Of a stretch of DNA of 64,000 bases, positions 21,156-32,268 are shown one piece after another (within the stretch, counting starts at the first letter, position 1; each line of letters opens with the position of its first letter). The position numbers were made by a program, and so were the translations under genes. The stretch is from Minisyncoccota bacterium. Lineage in GTDB: Bacteria > Patescibacteriota > Minisyncoccia > Phycocordibacterales > UBA9973. Below the pieces are notes generated by a model that saw only the letters and a list, made by a program, of their open reading frames with translations, made no database searches and was not told the DNA's origin. The DNA is taken from contig JBAZSZ010000001.1 in the NCBI GenBank assembly GCA_041662205.1, positions 17,973 through 81,972 on the forward strand, written 5' to 3'.

Positions 21156-24080
21156 ATGCAAGATTTAGAAAAAAAATTTGAAATAGAATACAGCAAGCTA
21201 AATAAAGAACAAAAGAAAGCTGTAGATACAATAGATGGACCGGTGATGGTGGTGGCAGGACCTGGTACAGGCAAAACACAGATTTTAGCTTTGCGGATAG
21301 GAAAGATTCTTTTAGAAACTGATACAAAGGCAGATGGTATTTTGTGTCTCACTTTTACTAATTCCGCAGTAAAAGCTATGCGTGAAAGGTTGAGAAAATA
21401 TATTGGCAAAGAGGCTTCAAATGTCAGAATCTCTACTTTTCATGGTTTTGGAATGGATATTTTAGATAAATATTTTAACGTTCTAGGGCTCGATGAAAAA
21501 CCAGAATTAATGGATGAACGTGATTCAGTCTCTTTATTTGATGATATTTTAAAAAATAATGATTGGGAATATATTCGTCCTAGGGCTAATTCTTCAAGAT
21601 ATTTCAAGGATTTAAAAGGGATGATTTCATTTTTAAAACGGGAGAGAATTTCTCCTCTTAATCTTGAGAATGAAATAAAAAATGAAATTAAGAATATTGA
21701 AAATGATCCAGTTAATATTTCTTCTCGTGGAGAAAGCAAAGGGAAATTAAAAAAAGAAGTAGAAAAGAAGATCGAGGGCTTGTATCGTACACTGGAAGTA
21801 ATGAAATTTTATAATCTTTATGAAAAGACAAAAAAGGAAAAGAATTTATTTGACTACGATGATATTTTAGAATCCCTTGTATTCATTGTCGAAGATTCGG
21901 ATGAAGCGAAGAATTATATTAAAGAAAATTTTCTGTATGTATTGATTGATGAACATCAAGATTCGAGCGGGGTGCAGAATGAATTTTTATTAAAAGTATG
22001 GGGGAAGGAGGAAAAACCGAATATTTTTGTAGTAGGGGATGATCGCCAGCTTATTTACGGCTTCGGGGGAGCATCACTTGAATATTTTGAAAATTTTAAA
22101 AACTCTTTCGGTAAGGCAGAATTAATTATTTTAGAAGAAAATTATCGTTCGACTCAAAAGATTTTAGATTCATCACATGAACTACTACAAAGTTCTATTT
22201 CTAAGGGAAAATTGAAGAGCAACCATAAAGAAAATCATGCCTTGCGTTTGGTTGAAGCTTATTATCCGAGAGATGAGATTATTTTTTTAGCCCTAGAGAT
22301 AAAAGATAAACTCAAGAAAAATTATGATCCAAACGATATAGCTATTTTGGTGCCAAAGAATCACCAAGTGAGAAGTACCGTGGCAATTCTGAAAGATATG
22401 GGTATACCGGTCGCAGGCGGAGAAGCGGTAAATTTTTTTGATGCCCCTCCTTCTGTTTCGTTTTTGCGAGTTTTGAAGATTATTGCCAATCCTGACAATG
22501 GAGCAATGCTGTCCTCATCCTTTTTTGATCCATTGTCGGGAATTCCTCCACTTTTAGCGCACAAATTTTTAAAAGATAAAAAGATGCGAGAATTTTCCTT
22601 GTTGAATGTAGATGTAGAGAAAAATAATTTATTTACTGAAAAAGGTGAAGTAAGTGTTTGGCTGGGAAAATTAAAATTATGGTTGGAATTTTCTACAGGG
22701 CCTCTTTATTCTTTTATTCAAAAAGTAGGTACGGAGTTTCTTCTTGATACTGCTAAAAATCACGAAGAACTCGTCGTTCGAATAGAGATTTTGCGAACAA
22801 TACTTCATTTGGTTTTATTAAAGATAGAAAAAAATCCCAAAATAAACTTAAGTGAATTCTTGGATTTTCTAGATAGAATAGAGGATTACGGAGAAAACAT
22901 ACCGCTTGCCATCTTTGCTCCCAATGAAGGAGTCAAAGTTCTTACTTTACATGGCTCCAAAGGTCTTGAATTTGATTATGTGTGGATAGCGCATATGGAC
23001 GAAAAGTCATTTTCTGGGAGTAGGCGTGAAGGTTTTTCTCTACCTGCTTCTTTGAAAGAAAAGATTGAAAAGAAAGATGAAATAGTTTCAAAAAGAGAAC
23101 TGTATGTAGCGCTTACTCGCGCTAAAAGATTTTGCACTATCTCTTATTCATTAAAATCCTATACTGGAGGTAGCCAAGAGCTCGCTCATATAGTGGAAGA
23201 TATAGTAGATAATTTTGAAAAACAAAATGCTGATGAAACAGAAAAAATAATTCTTAAAAAGAATCCAAAAGTTTATGCTATTTCTGACGCAGAAAGTAAA
23301 AAGCATGCTGGCTTGCAAGACTTGGTAAAATTAGTGGCTCGGGATTATGAAGATCGTAAAATATCAGTATCACTTCTTAATAATTTTTTTGAATGTCCTT
23401 GGAAATGGTATTTTAGAAATTTATTACAACTACCAGAGTCTAAAAGCGAGAGCCTGGAATTTGGGAATACCGTTCATGGCGCCATAGATAAGATTTTAAA
23501 ATTAGAAAAAATACCTAATGAGAAAGAAATAGAAAAAATTGTCGAAAATAATAACGAAATTCTAAAGGTTGTTTCCAGGTGGGTAAAAAATAGATTACCC
23601 GATGTAAGTAAAAAAAGAGAGAATGAAAAAAGTATCTCTGCTCATGCCAAAGAATTTCCGCATTTGAATATTTATGGAAAGATAGATTTAATAGAAATTT
23701 TAGGAAAAGATATGGTGCGAGTGACAGATTTTAAAACCGGAGGGGTAAGAAAAAAAAGCGAAATTGAAAAAATAGATGAAGAGGGAAGAATGAGCAGTTA
23801 TATGCGTCAGCTTGCCATGTATTCGTTTTTGATAAAACAAAGTTCAAAAAAAGAGGTAGAGGTATCACGTTTAGAATTTTTAGAAGCAAAAAACGAAAAA
23901 GAAAGTATTTACGATACAGTGATCAAAAAAGAGCAGATTGAGCTACTCTTAAAAGACATCAAAGATTATGACGATTTGGTTAAAAATGGAGAGTGGATAA
24001 ATAGATCTTGTAATTATAATTCTTATGGTAAACATACTGAATGCGAATATTGCAAAATGGCAGAAATTTATAAATCCTGA
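21156..24080 (+). CDS. UvrD-family helicase fused to PD-(D/E)xK nuclease (AdnB/AddA-like)
   Basis: AGPGTGKT, DEHQD, VGDDRQ, HGSKGLEF, YVALTRAK; nuclease GKIDLI..DFKTG..QLAMY with four Cys. Confidence 0.88.
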   Translation: MQDLEKKFEIEYSKLNKEQKKAVDTIDGPVMVVAGPGTGKTQILALRIGKILLETDTKADGILCLTFTNSAVKAMRERLRKYIGKEASNVRISTFHGFGMDILDKYFNVLGLDEKPELMDERDSVSLFDDILKNNDWEYIRPRANSSRYFKDLKGMISFLKRERISPLNLENEIKNEIKNIENDPVNISSRGESKGKLKKEVEKKIEGLYRTLEVMKFYNLYEKTKKEKNLFDYDDILESLVFIVEDSDEAKNYIKENFLYVLIDEHQDSSGVQNEFLLKVWGKEEKPNIFVVGDDRQLIYGFGGASLEYFENFKNSFGKAELIILEENYRSTQKILDSSHELLQSSISKGKLKSNHKENHALRLVEAYYPRDEIIFLALEIKDKLKKNYDPNDIAILVPKNHQVRSTVAILKDMGIPVAGGEAVNFFDAPPSVSFLRVLKIIANPDNGAMLSSSFFDPLSGIPPLLAHKFLKDKKMREFSLLNVDVEKNNLFTEKGEVSVWLGKLKLWLEFSTGPLYSFIQKVGTEFLLDTAKNHEELVVRIEILRTILHLVLLKIEKNPKINLSEFLDFLDRIEDYGENIPLAIFAPNEGVKVLTLHGSKGLEFDYVWIAHMDEKSFSGSRREGFSLPASLKEKIEKKDEIVSKRELYVALTRAKRFCTISYSLKSYTGGSQELAHIVEDIVDNFEKQNADETEKIILKKNPKVYAISDAESKKHAGLQDLVKLVARDYEDRKISVSLLNNFFECPWKWYFRNLLQLPESKSESLEFGNTVHGAIDKILKLEKIPNEKEIEKIVENNNEILKVVSRWVKNRLPDVSKKRENEKSISAHAKEFPHLNIYGKIDLIEILGKDMVRVTDFKTGGVRKKSEIEKIDEEGRMSSYMRQLAMYSFLIKQSSKKEVEVSRLEFLEAKNEKESIYDTVIKKEQIELLLKDIKDYDDLVKNGEWINRSCNYNSYGKHTECEYCKMAEIYKS

Positions 24081-24092
24081 TAGAATAAAAAA

Positions 24093-24827
24093 ATGGACGA
24101 GAAAAACAAAAAAGGTTTATCCGCTGTGGCGGGAACGATACACCCGCTTTCCTTATTGGCACAGGAAGCTTACCAAGCTTTTTCTGATATGGGTTTTGAA
24201 ATTGCGACTGGACCCGAGCTAGAAAGTGAATGGTATAATTTTGATGTTTTAAATGTCCCCAAAGACCATCCAGCGCGCGATATGCAGGACACTTTTATAA
24301 TTAAAAATGCAAAGGAGAAAGTATTGAGAACCCATACTACGTCTGCCACAGCACGTGCAGTAGAACAGGCGGGCAAAGATGGAAGAATGCCTTGCGCTTT
24401 TATTTCTGTAGGTAAAGTTTTTCGAAATGAAGCTACTGATGCTACTCACGAAATGCAATTTTATCAGATAGATGGAATTATGGTGGGTGATATAAAAGAT
24501 GGTATTTCTATTGGGAATTTAAAAGGTGTACTCACACAGTTTTATAAAAAGATGTTAGGTGAAAATACTGAAATAGAATTTCGTCCTAGTTTTTTCCCTT
24601 TTACTGAGCCTTCTCTCGAAGTCCATGCAAAATTTAATGGGCGTTGGCTTGAAATGATGGGGGCGGGGATGCTTCATCCTAATGTTTTACGCAATTGTGG
24701 TCTTGATCCAGCGAAAGTTCAAGGATTTGCTTTTGGTGGTGGTCTTGATCGTATCGCAATGATCAAATGGAATATTCCGGATGTAAGATTTTTTTATCAA
24801 GGAGATTTACGTATTAATCAGTTTTAA
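24093..24827 (+). CDS. pheS: Phenylalanyl-tRNA synthetase alpha subunit (N-terminal coiled coil absent)
   Basis: HPARDMQDTF, LRTHTT, FRNE..DATH, FPFTEPS, GFAFGGGLDR. Confidence 0.95.
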   Translation: MDEKNKKGLSAVAGTIHPLSLLAQEAYQAFSDMGFEIATGPELESEWYNFDVLNVPKDHPARDMQDTFIIKNAKEKVLRTHTTSATARAVEQAGKDGRMPCAFISVGKVFRNEATDATHEMQFYQIDGIMVGDIKDGISIGNLKGVLTQFYKKMLGENTEIEFRPSFFPFTEPSLEVHAKFNGRWLEMMGAGMLHPNVLRNCGLDPAKVQGFAFGGGLDRIAMIKWNIPDVRFFYQGDLRINQF

Positions 24828-24840
24828 AAATAAAATTCAG

Positions 24841-26646
24841 ATGAAAATTTCTTTTAATTGGCTAAAAAGTTATATACCTGATGCACCAGGCACAGACAAG
24901 CTTGTGGATATTTTTAATTATCATCTTTGTGAAGTTGAGAGTGTTGATAAAAAAGGGGATGACACAATATTTGATATAAATATTTTGCCAAATCGGGCGC
25001 ATGATTTACTTTCACACTTTGGTGTGGCTCGAGAGCTCGCTTCTCTTTTGGATATAAAGTTTACTGACCCAACTCTTAAATATAAAATTCCAGAGTCTAA
25101 ACCGACTGATTTAAAAATTGATGTAGAAAATGATAAATGCCGAAGATATATGGGGAGAGTTATACATAATGTGAAGGTCGAGCCTTCGCCAGAATGGGTA
25201 GTAAAACATTTAGAATCGATAGGGCAAAGAAGTATAAATAATATTGTAGATGCTACTAATATTGTGATGTATGACTGTGGTCAGCCGACACATGTTTTTG
25301 ATTTAGATAAGGTGAATGATGGGTTAGTGATAAGGATGGCAAAAGATGGAGAAGAACTTACTACTTTGGATAATAAAAAATGCAATTTAAAATCTTCTAA
25401 CTTGGTTATTGCTGATACAAAAAATGCTTTGGCCGTTGCTGGAGTAAAAGGAGGAAAAATCGCTGAAGTGGATAGTAATACTAAAAATATTATTTTAGAG
25501 GTTGCAAATTTTGATCCAACATCAGTACGTAAAACAGCTCAAGCATTGAATATTTTTACAGATTCAAAAAAACGTTTTGAGAATGACTTGTCACCCGAAC
25601 TTAGTTCTTACGCTATGCAGGAACTTTCTGCATTAATTTTGGAAATGTGCCCAAATGCTATTTTTGAAGATATAGTGGACGTGTATCCTGTAAAACAAGA
25701 GGAGAGAAAATTAAATTTTTCTATTGATAAAATTTCTAAAATTTTAGGTTTGGATGTCTCTATTGATGAGATAAAAGATGTTTTAAAAAGATATAATTTT
25801 GAATATAAAGAGAATGATGGAAAATTTGAAATTGTAGTACCACAAATGCGTTTTGATTTGGCAATTGAAGAGGATATGGCTGAAGAAATTGGCAGAGTTT
25901 TAGGTTATGACAAAGTAAAAGGACAAATACCTAAAATTAATTTTGAACCAAAACAAAATGAAATTTATTCACAAATACTCTTTGCGCGAAATAAATTATT
26001 AGAAGATGGATATTCAGAAGTGATGAATAGCAGTTTTTGTGATGTTGGAGAGGTGGAGGTTCTGGCTTCTGCTTCTGATAAGAATTTTTTAAGGACGAAT
26101 CTAATAGATGGGTTGAAAGAAAGCTTGAAATTAAATCAAGCGAATTCTCCACTTTTAGGAATAGACAAAGTCAAAATTTTTGAAATTGGAACTATTTTTA
26201 AGAAAAATGGGGAAGAAATGCACGTGGCTTATAGTGATAAGAAGGAAATTAAAGAAGTTGGTTTAGATGAATTTTGTGCAGAAATGCTGGCACAGAAAAA
26301 TTTAGTCGCTCCTTCCGCAAGCGGGGTCCCACGCGAGCAAAATTTTTCTGTGCCAGCATTTAAAATGTGGTCATTGTTTCCTTTTATTGCGCGTGATATT
26401 GCTGTGTGGGTGCCGGAGGAAATAACGAGTGAAGAAGTCGCTAAGATTATAGAGGAAAATATGGGGGAGATGGTGGTGCGAGGACCGGAGATTTTTGATG
26501 AATTTAAAAAGGATGGAAAAATTTCTTATGCTTTTAGGTTGGTTTTTCAATCTTATGAAAGGACTTTGAATGATCAAGAAGTGAACGATATTATGATTAA
26601 AATAACTGATAAAATAAAGGAAAATACTGATTGGCAAGTGAGGTAA
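24841..26646 (+). CDS. pheT: Phenylalanyl-tRNA synthetase beta subunit (B2 OB domain absent)
   Basis: MKISFNWLK, PNRAHD, B3/4 NNIVDATN, B5 RFDLAIEEDMAEEIGR, FDX-ACB C-terminus. Confidence 0.93.
   Translation: MKISFNWLKSYIPDAPGTDKLVDIFNYHLCEVESVDKKGDDTIFDINILPNRAHDLLSHFGVARELASLLDIKFTDPTLKYKIPESKPTDLKIDVENDKCRRYMGRVIHNVKVEPSPEWVVKHLESIGQRSINNIVDATNIVMYDCGQPTHVFDLDKVNDGLVIRMAKDGEELTTLDNKKCNLKSSNLVIADTKNALAVAGVKGGKIAEVDSNTKNIILEVANFDPTSVRKTAQALNIFTDSKKRFENDLSPELSSYAMQELSALILEMCPNAIFEDIVDVYPVKQEERKLNFSIDKISKILGLDVSIDEIKDVLKRYNFEYKENDGKFEIVVPQMRFDLAIEEDMAEEIGRVLGYDKVKGQIPKINFEPKQNEIYSQILFARNKLLEDGYSEVMNSSFCDVGEVEVLASASDKNFLRTNLIDGLKESLKLNQANSPLLGIDKVKIFEIGTIFKKNGEEMHVAYSDKKEIKEVGLDEFCAEMLAQKNLVAPSASGVPREQNFSVPAFKMWSLFPFIARDIAVWVPEEITSEEVAKIIEENMGEMVVRGPEIFDEFKKDGKISYAFRLVFQSYERTLNDQEVNDIMIKITDKIKENTDWQVR
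26282..26361. repeat. In-frame palindromic element in pheT (family B)
   Basis: Perfect 22-bp arms aaatgctggcacagaaaaattt / aaatttttctgtgccagcattt around a 36-nt GC-rich core. Confidence 0.88.
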
Positions 26647-26675
26647 ATTTTGCTATAATACTATCAGTAGATAGG

Positions 26676-28813
<2,138 letters not shown>

Positions 28814-28829
28814 TAAATATCTAGAACAA

Positions 28830-28943
28830 CTAAAGCACAGAAAGAAGAGAAAGAACGACTCCAAGAATTATACCAATAAACATTCCAGCGATGCCGTAAA
28901 AGAAAAAACCGATTATAGCAAATAAAATTATAAGAAAAAGCAT
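28830..28943 (-). CDS. Small 37-aa hydrophobic membrane peptide (not in ORF track)
   Basis: MLFLIILFAIIGFFFYGIAGMFIGIILGVVLSLLSVL; starts 4 nt after the thrS stop and fills the gap to gyrB. Confidence 0.55.
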   Translation of the reverse strand: MLFLIILFAIIGFFFYGIAGMFIGIILGVVLSLLSVL

Positions 28944-28947
28944 TATT

Positions 28948-30177
28948 TTATTTTTTATTTTTAATTTCTTCTAAAAGTTTTGTCACCAATTCTTCTTTTG
29001 TTATTTGGCCTAGCTGACCAGCGTCGCGGGATTCGAGGGTTACTTTTCCAGCTTCTATTTCTTTATCACCAATGACGATCCAGTAGGGGATTTTATTATT
29101 CTTAGCATCTCGGACTTTTCCACCAAGATTTTTCTCTTCAACATCAAGCTCAGTGCGAATATTGTTTTCTTTTAATAATTCAAAAACTTGTTTTGCGTAT
29201 CCATTGTGATTTTCTCGTACAGGTATAACTTTTACTTGCACTGGTGAGAGCCAGAGAGGAAAGGCGCCTGAGTAGTGTTCGATTAAAACTGCGGCGCATC
29301 TTTCTATGGAGCCAGTAATAGCAGAATGAATCATCACGATGCGTTCTTTTTCTCCTTTTTCATTTACACAAGTTAGATCAAATCTCTCCGGCAAATTCAT
29401 ATCTAGCTGGATGGTTGCCACTTGCCATTCTTTTCCAGCTTTATTTTTTGCCATGAAGTCTAATTTGGGTCCATAAAGTGCAGCTTCCCCTAATCCTTCA
29501 AAATAATCTGCGCCTCGTTCCTCTGCAATACTACGAAGTTCGCTTTCTGCTGTATCCCAAATCTCCTTAGTACCAAGATATTTTTGAGGTTCTTTTGGAT
29601 CTCGAAATGATAAACGAACTTTTAAAGTGAATCCAAATGCTTTGTAAAATGTATCAATGATATCCCAAATTTTTAAAAATTCATCTTTAATTTGATTGGT
29701 GCGACAAAAGACATGTGAATCGTCTTGAGTAATGGAAAGCACACGAGTGAGTCCTCCTAGCTCGCCTGATTGTTCATCTCTATAAACCATGGTTGTTTCT
29801 GCGTACCTTTGTGGCATTTCTCTGTATGAGTGAGGCTTACGAGCAAAGATTTGAGTGTGGTGTGGGCAGTTCATTGGTTTGATTGCGTATTCTTTACCTT
29901 CTCTTGAAGTAAGTTTGAAAAGATCTTCTGCAAATTTTTCCCAATGTCCTGAAGTTTGATATAATTCTTTTTTTGTAATATGAGGGATAGTTACTCTACT
30001 ATAGTTGTGTTTTGAGCGAAGTTGCCAGACGAATTTATCTAGTTCTTCTCGGATAATTGTACCTTTTGGTGTCCAAAGTGGCAGACCTGGTCCAACAAGC
30101 TCAGAGAAGGTAAATAAATCAAGTTCCTTGCCTATAATTCTATGATCATTTTTATCCATTTCATTTTCTTTTTCCAT
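28948..30177 (-). CDS. thrS: Threonyl-tRNA synthetase lacking N-terminal TGS/editing domains
   Basis: Starts at DHRIIGKELDLF; KPMNCPHH, QDDSH, YGPKLD, anticodon-binding domain; start placed just after an extended -10 (TGaTAAGAT). Confidence 0.94.
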   Translation of the reverse strand: MEKENEMDKNDHRIIGKELDLFTFSELVGPGLPLWTPKGTIIREELDKFVWQLRSKHNYSRVTIPHITKKELYQTSGHWEKFAEDLFKLTSREGKEYAIKPMNCPHHTQIFARKPHSYREMPQRYAETTMVYRDEQSGELGGLTRVLSITQDDSHVFCRTNQIKDEFLKIWDIIDTFYKAFGFTLKVRLSFRDPKEPQKYLGTKEIWDTAESELRSIAEERGADYFEGLGEAALYGPKLDFMAKNKAGKEWQVATIQLDMNLPERFDLTCVNEKGEKERIVMIHSAITGSIERCAAVLIEHYSGAFPLWLSPVQVKVIPVRENHNGYAKQVFELLKENNIRTELDVEEKNLGGKVRDAKNNKIPYWIVIGDKEIEAGKVTLESRDAGQLGQITKEELVTKLLEEIKNKK

Positions 30178-30239
30178 AGTTTTCATCTTATCACATTTTA
30201 TTTTGCTTTTCATCTATAATATGCTAGGATAGAAACATT

Positions 30240-30470
30240 ATGGTAGTACGAATGAGACATACAAAATCGCATACAAAGAACCGACGTTCTCACCACGCTT
30301 TGGAGAGTACTAGTTTTTCTAAGTGCGAAAATTGCAAAGCTTTAAAAAGACGCCACACAGTCTGCTCTGGTTGTGGTTTTTATAGGGGGAAAAAGGTTTT
30401 AGATTTAATCAAAAAGACAGAAAAGAAGCAGGCAAAAGCGAAGGCAAAAAAGGCAGAGGAAAATAAATAA
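30240..30470 (+). CDS. rpmF: 50S ribosomal protein L32
   Basis: RRSHHAL, CENC...HTVCSGCGFYRG. Confidence 0.93.
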   Translation: MVVRMRHTKSHTKNRRSHHALESTSFSKCENCKALKRRHTVCSGCGFYRGKKVLDLIKKTEKKQAKAKAKKAEENK

Positions 30471-30474
30471 ATAT

Positions 30475-30561
30475 ACCTCACCCCGCCCAAAAAGTGTTTG
30501 GGCACCCCTCTCCTTATTAAGGAGAGGGGATGGGGGTGAGGTGAATTAAGGAATTCACCTC
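30475..30561. repeat. Branched palindromic intergenic element between rpmF and nusB
   Basis: acctcacccc/ggggtgaggt enclosing gcccaaa/tttgggc and cccctctcctta/taaggagagggg; alternative stem gaggtgaatt/aattcacctc. Confidence 0.8.
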
Positions 30562-30571
30562 AGCAAATTTT

Positions 30572-31537
30572 ATGGCAAATAGGCACCTTTCCAGATCAAT
30601 AGTTCTCCAGACGCTTTTTGAGTGGGATTTCTTGTCTGCACAGGCGGATGTGTCCACTAATAAAAAAAAGGCTAATCTCACAGTTGAAGAAATAAAAGAA
30701 GTCTTAAAAAGAAATTTGAAAGAATTTGCTCCTGGTTTTGAAGATGATGTTTTTGTATTTTCACTTATTGACCAAATTTTAAAAAAGCGAGCAGTGATCG
30801 ATGAAATTATAGAAAAAGCTGCGCCAGACTGGCCACTTGATAAAATTTCTATTATTGATAGAAATATTTTGAGGATTGGTTTAGCAGAGCTTATTTTTGG
30901 TGACAGAAATGAAGTTCCTCCTAAAGTAGCTATCAATGAGGCAATAGAATTAGCGAAAACTTTTGGTGGAGAAAATTCCAGTAAATTTATTAATGGTGTG
31001 CTCGGCGCAGTTTATAAAGAGATAGGTGAGCCAGGCAAGGATCAAGTCAGTAAAAAAAAGAAAAATGAAGAAATTTTAGATATCACTAAATTGCCAATTG
31101 ATAAAAAAGGTGGAGCTATTGTTTATGCCAAGAAAGATAATAAAAAGAATGGTGAGACAATGTTTGCTTTAGTGCATGACGTTTTTGGATATTGGACTAT
31201 TTCCAAAGGAAGTGTCGAAGAAGGTGAAAATGAGGATGAAGCGACAGTCAGAGAGATAAAAGAAGAAATAGGACTTGATATAAAAATAGAAGAAAAATTA
31301 GGAGAGAATGAATATGTCGCTACGCACCCCCAGAATGGAAAAAGTTTAAAGAAAGTTGTTTATTTTTTGGCAAAGAGCGAGTACAAAGAACTCGTATTAG
31401 AAAAATCCGGGGGATTAGACGGGGCAAGATGGTTCGAGCTTTCTGAAATTCCAAAACTTCGTATTTATAACGATATAATACCTTTATTTAGTAAGGCGAT
31501 TGAGATTATTAGTAATAAAAAGAGCATCGCGCCTTAA
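30572..31537 (+). CDS. nusB: NusB antitermination factor fused to a NUDIX hydrolase domain
   Basis: DRNILRIG, PPKVAINEAIELAKTFG, KFINGVL; Nudix box GSVEEGENEDEATVREIKEEIG. Confidence 0.9.
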   Translation: MANRHLSRSIVLQTLFEWDFLSAQADVSTNKKKANLTVEEIKEVLKRNLKEFAPGFEDDVFVFSLIDQILKKRAVIDEIIEKAAPDWPLDKISIIDRNILRIGLAELIFGDRNEVPPKVAINEAIELAKTFGGENSSKFINGVLGAVYKEIGEPGKDQVSKKKKNEEILDITKLPIDKKGGAIVYAKKDNKKNGETMFALVHDVFGYWTISKGSVEEGENEDEATVREIKEEIGLDIKIEEKLGENEYVATHPQNGKSLKKVVYFLAKSEYKELVLEKSGGLDGARWFELSEIPKLRIYNDIIPLFSKAIEIISNKKSIAP

Positions 31538-31568
31538 TGGACTTGCGCGACGTGATTTCGCTAAATCA
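31525..31568 (+). promoter_or_regulatory. Start-codon-adjacent two-hairpin motif, copy 2 (rnc)
   Basis: tcgcgc-cttaatggactt-gcgcga then tgattt-cgct-aaatca directly abutting ATG; contains the nusB stop codon. Confidence 0.75.
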
Positions 31569-32264
31569 ATGATACAATTTTCAGATTTCGAAAAAAAAAT
31601 AAAAGTAATTTTTAAAGATAAGAATTTATTAAAACAGTCATTTACGCATCGTTCTTATATAAATGAAAATGGAGCGGCCAATATTTCTCACAACGAACGT
31701 TTAGAGTTTTTAGGAGATGCAGTACTTGAGCTTATCGTTACAGATTTTCTCTATAAAAAATATCCAAATTATCCAGAAGGAAAATTGACCGCCCTTCGTT
31801 CTGCTCTCGTGAATGCTATTATTATTTCTGAAATTGCTTTATCTATAGGAATGAATGATTATCTGCTTTTGTCCAAAGGTGAAGCAAAAGATTTTGGTAA
31901 AGCGAGGCAGTATATTTTAGCAAATACTTATGAGGCATTTATTGGGGCAATGTATTTAGATCAAGGATATGAGATCGTAAATAAATTTGTGACTGAAACT
32001 CTTTTAGGAAAGACTGAAGAAATAGTAAAGAAAAAACTTTGGCGTGATGCGAAAAGTTTAGTGCAAGAAAAAGCGCAAGAATTTGTATCAGTCACTCCCG
32101 CTTATAAAGTATTGCAACAATCAGGCCCAGATCATGATAAACACTTTACTATAGGTATTTATTTCGGAACAGATTTAATAGCTGAAGGAAAGGGACAAAG
32201 CAAACAAGAAGCCGAACAAAAGGCAGCCGAAAATGCACTAAAAGTAAAAAATTGGTTAGACTAA
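31569..32264 (+). CDS. rnc: Ribonuclease III
   Basis: THRSY, NERLEFLGDAVL, dsRBD (GPDHDKHF, SKQEAEQKAA); ATG at 31569 preferred over the upstream TTG. Confidence 0.95.
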   Translation: MIQFSDFEKKIKVIFKDKNLLKQSFTHRSYINENGAANISHNERLEFLGDAVLELIVTDFLYKKYPNYPEGKLTALRSALVNAIIISEIALSIGMNDYLLLSKGEAKDFGKARQYILANTYEAFIGAMYLDQGYEIVNKFVTETLLGKTEEIVKKKLWRDAKSLVQEKAQEFVSVTPAYKVLQQSGPDHDKHFTIGIYFGTDLIAEGKGQSKQEAEQKAAENALKVKNWLD

Positions 32265-32268
32265 AAAA

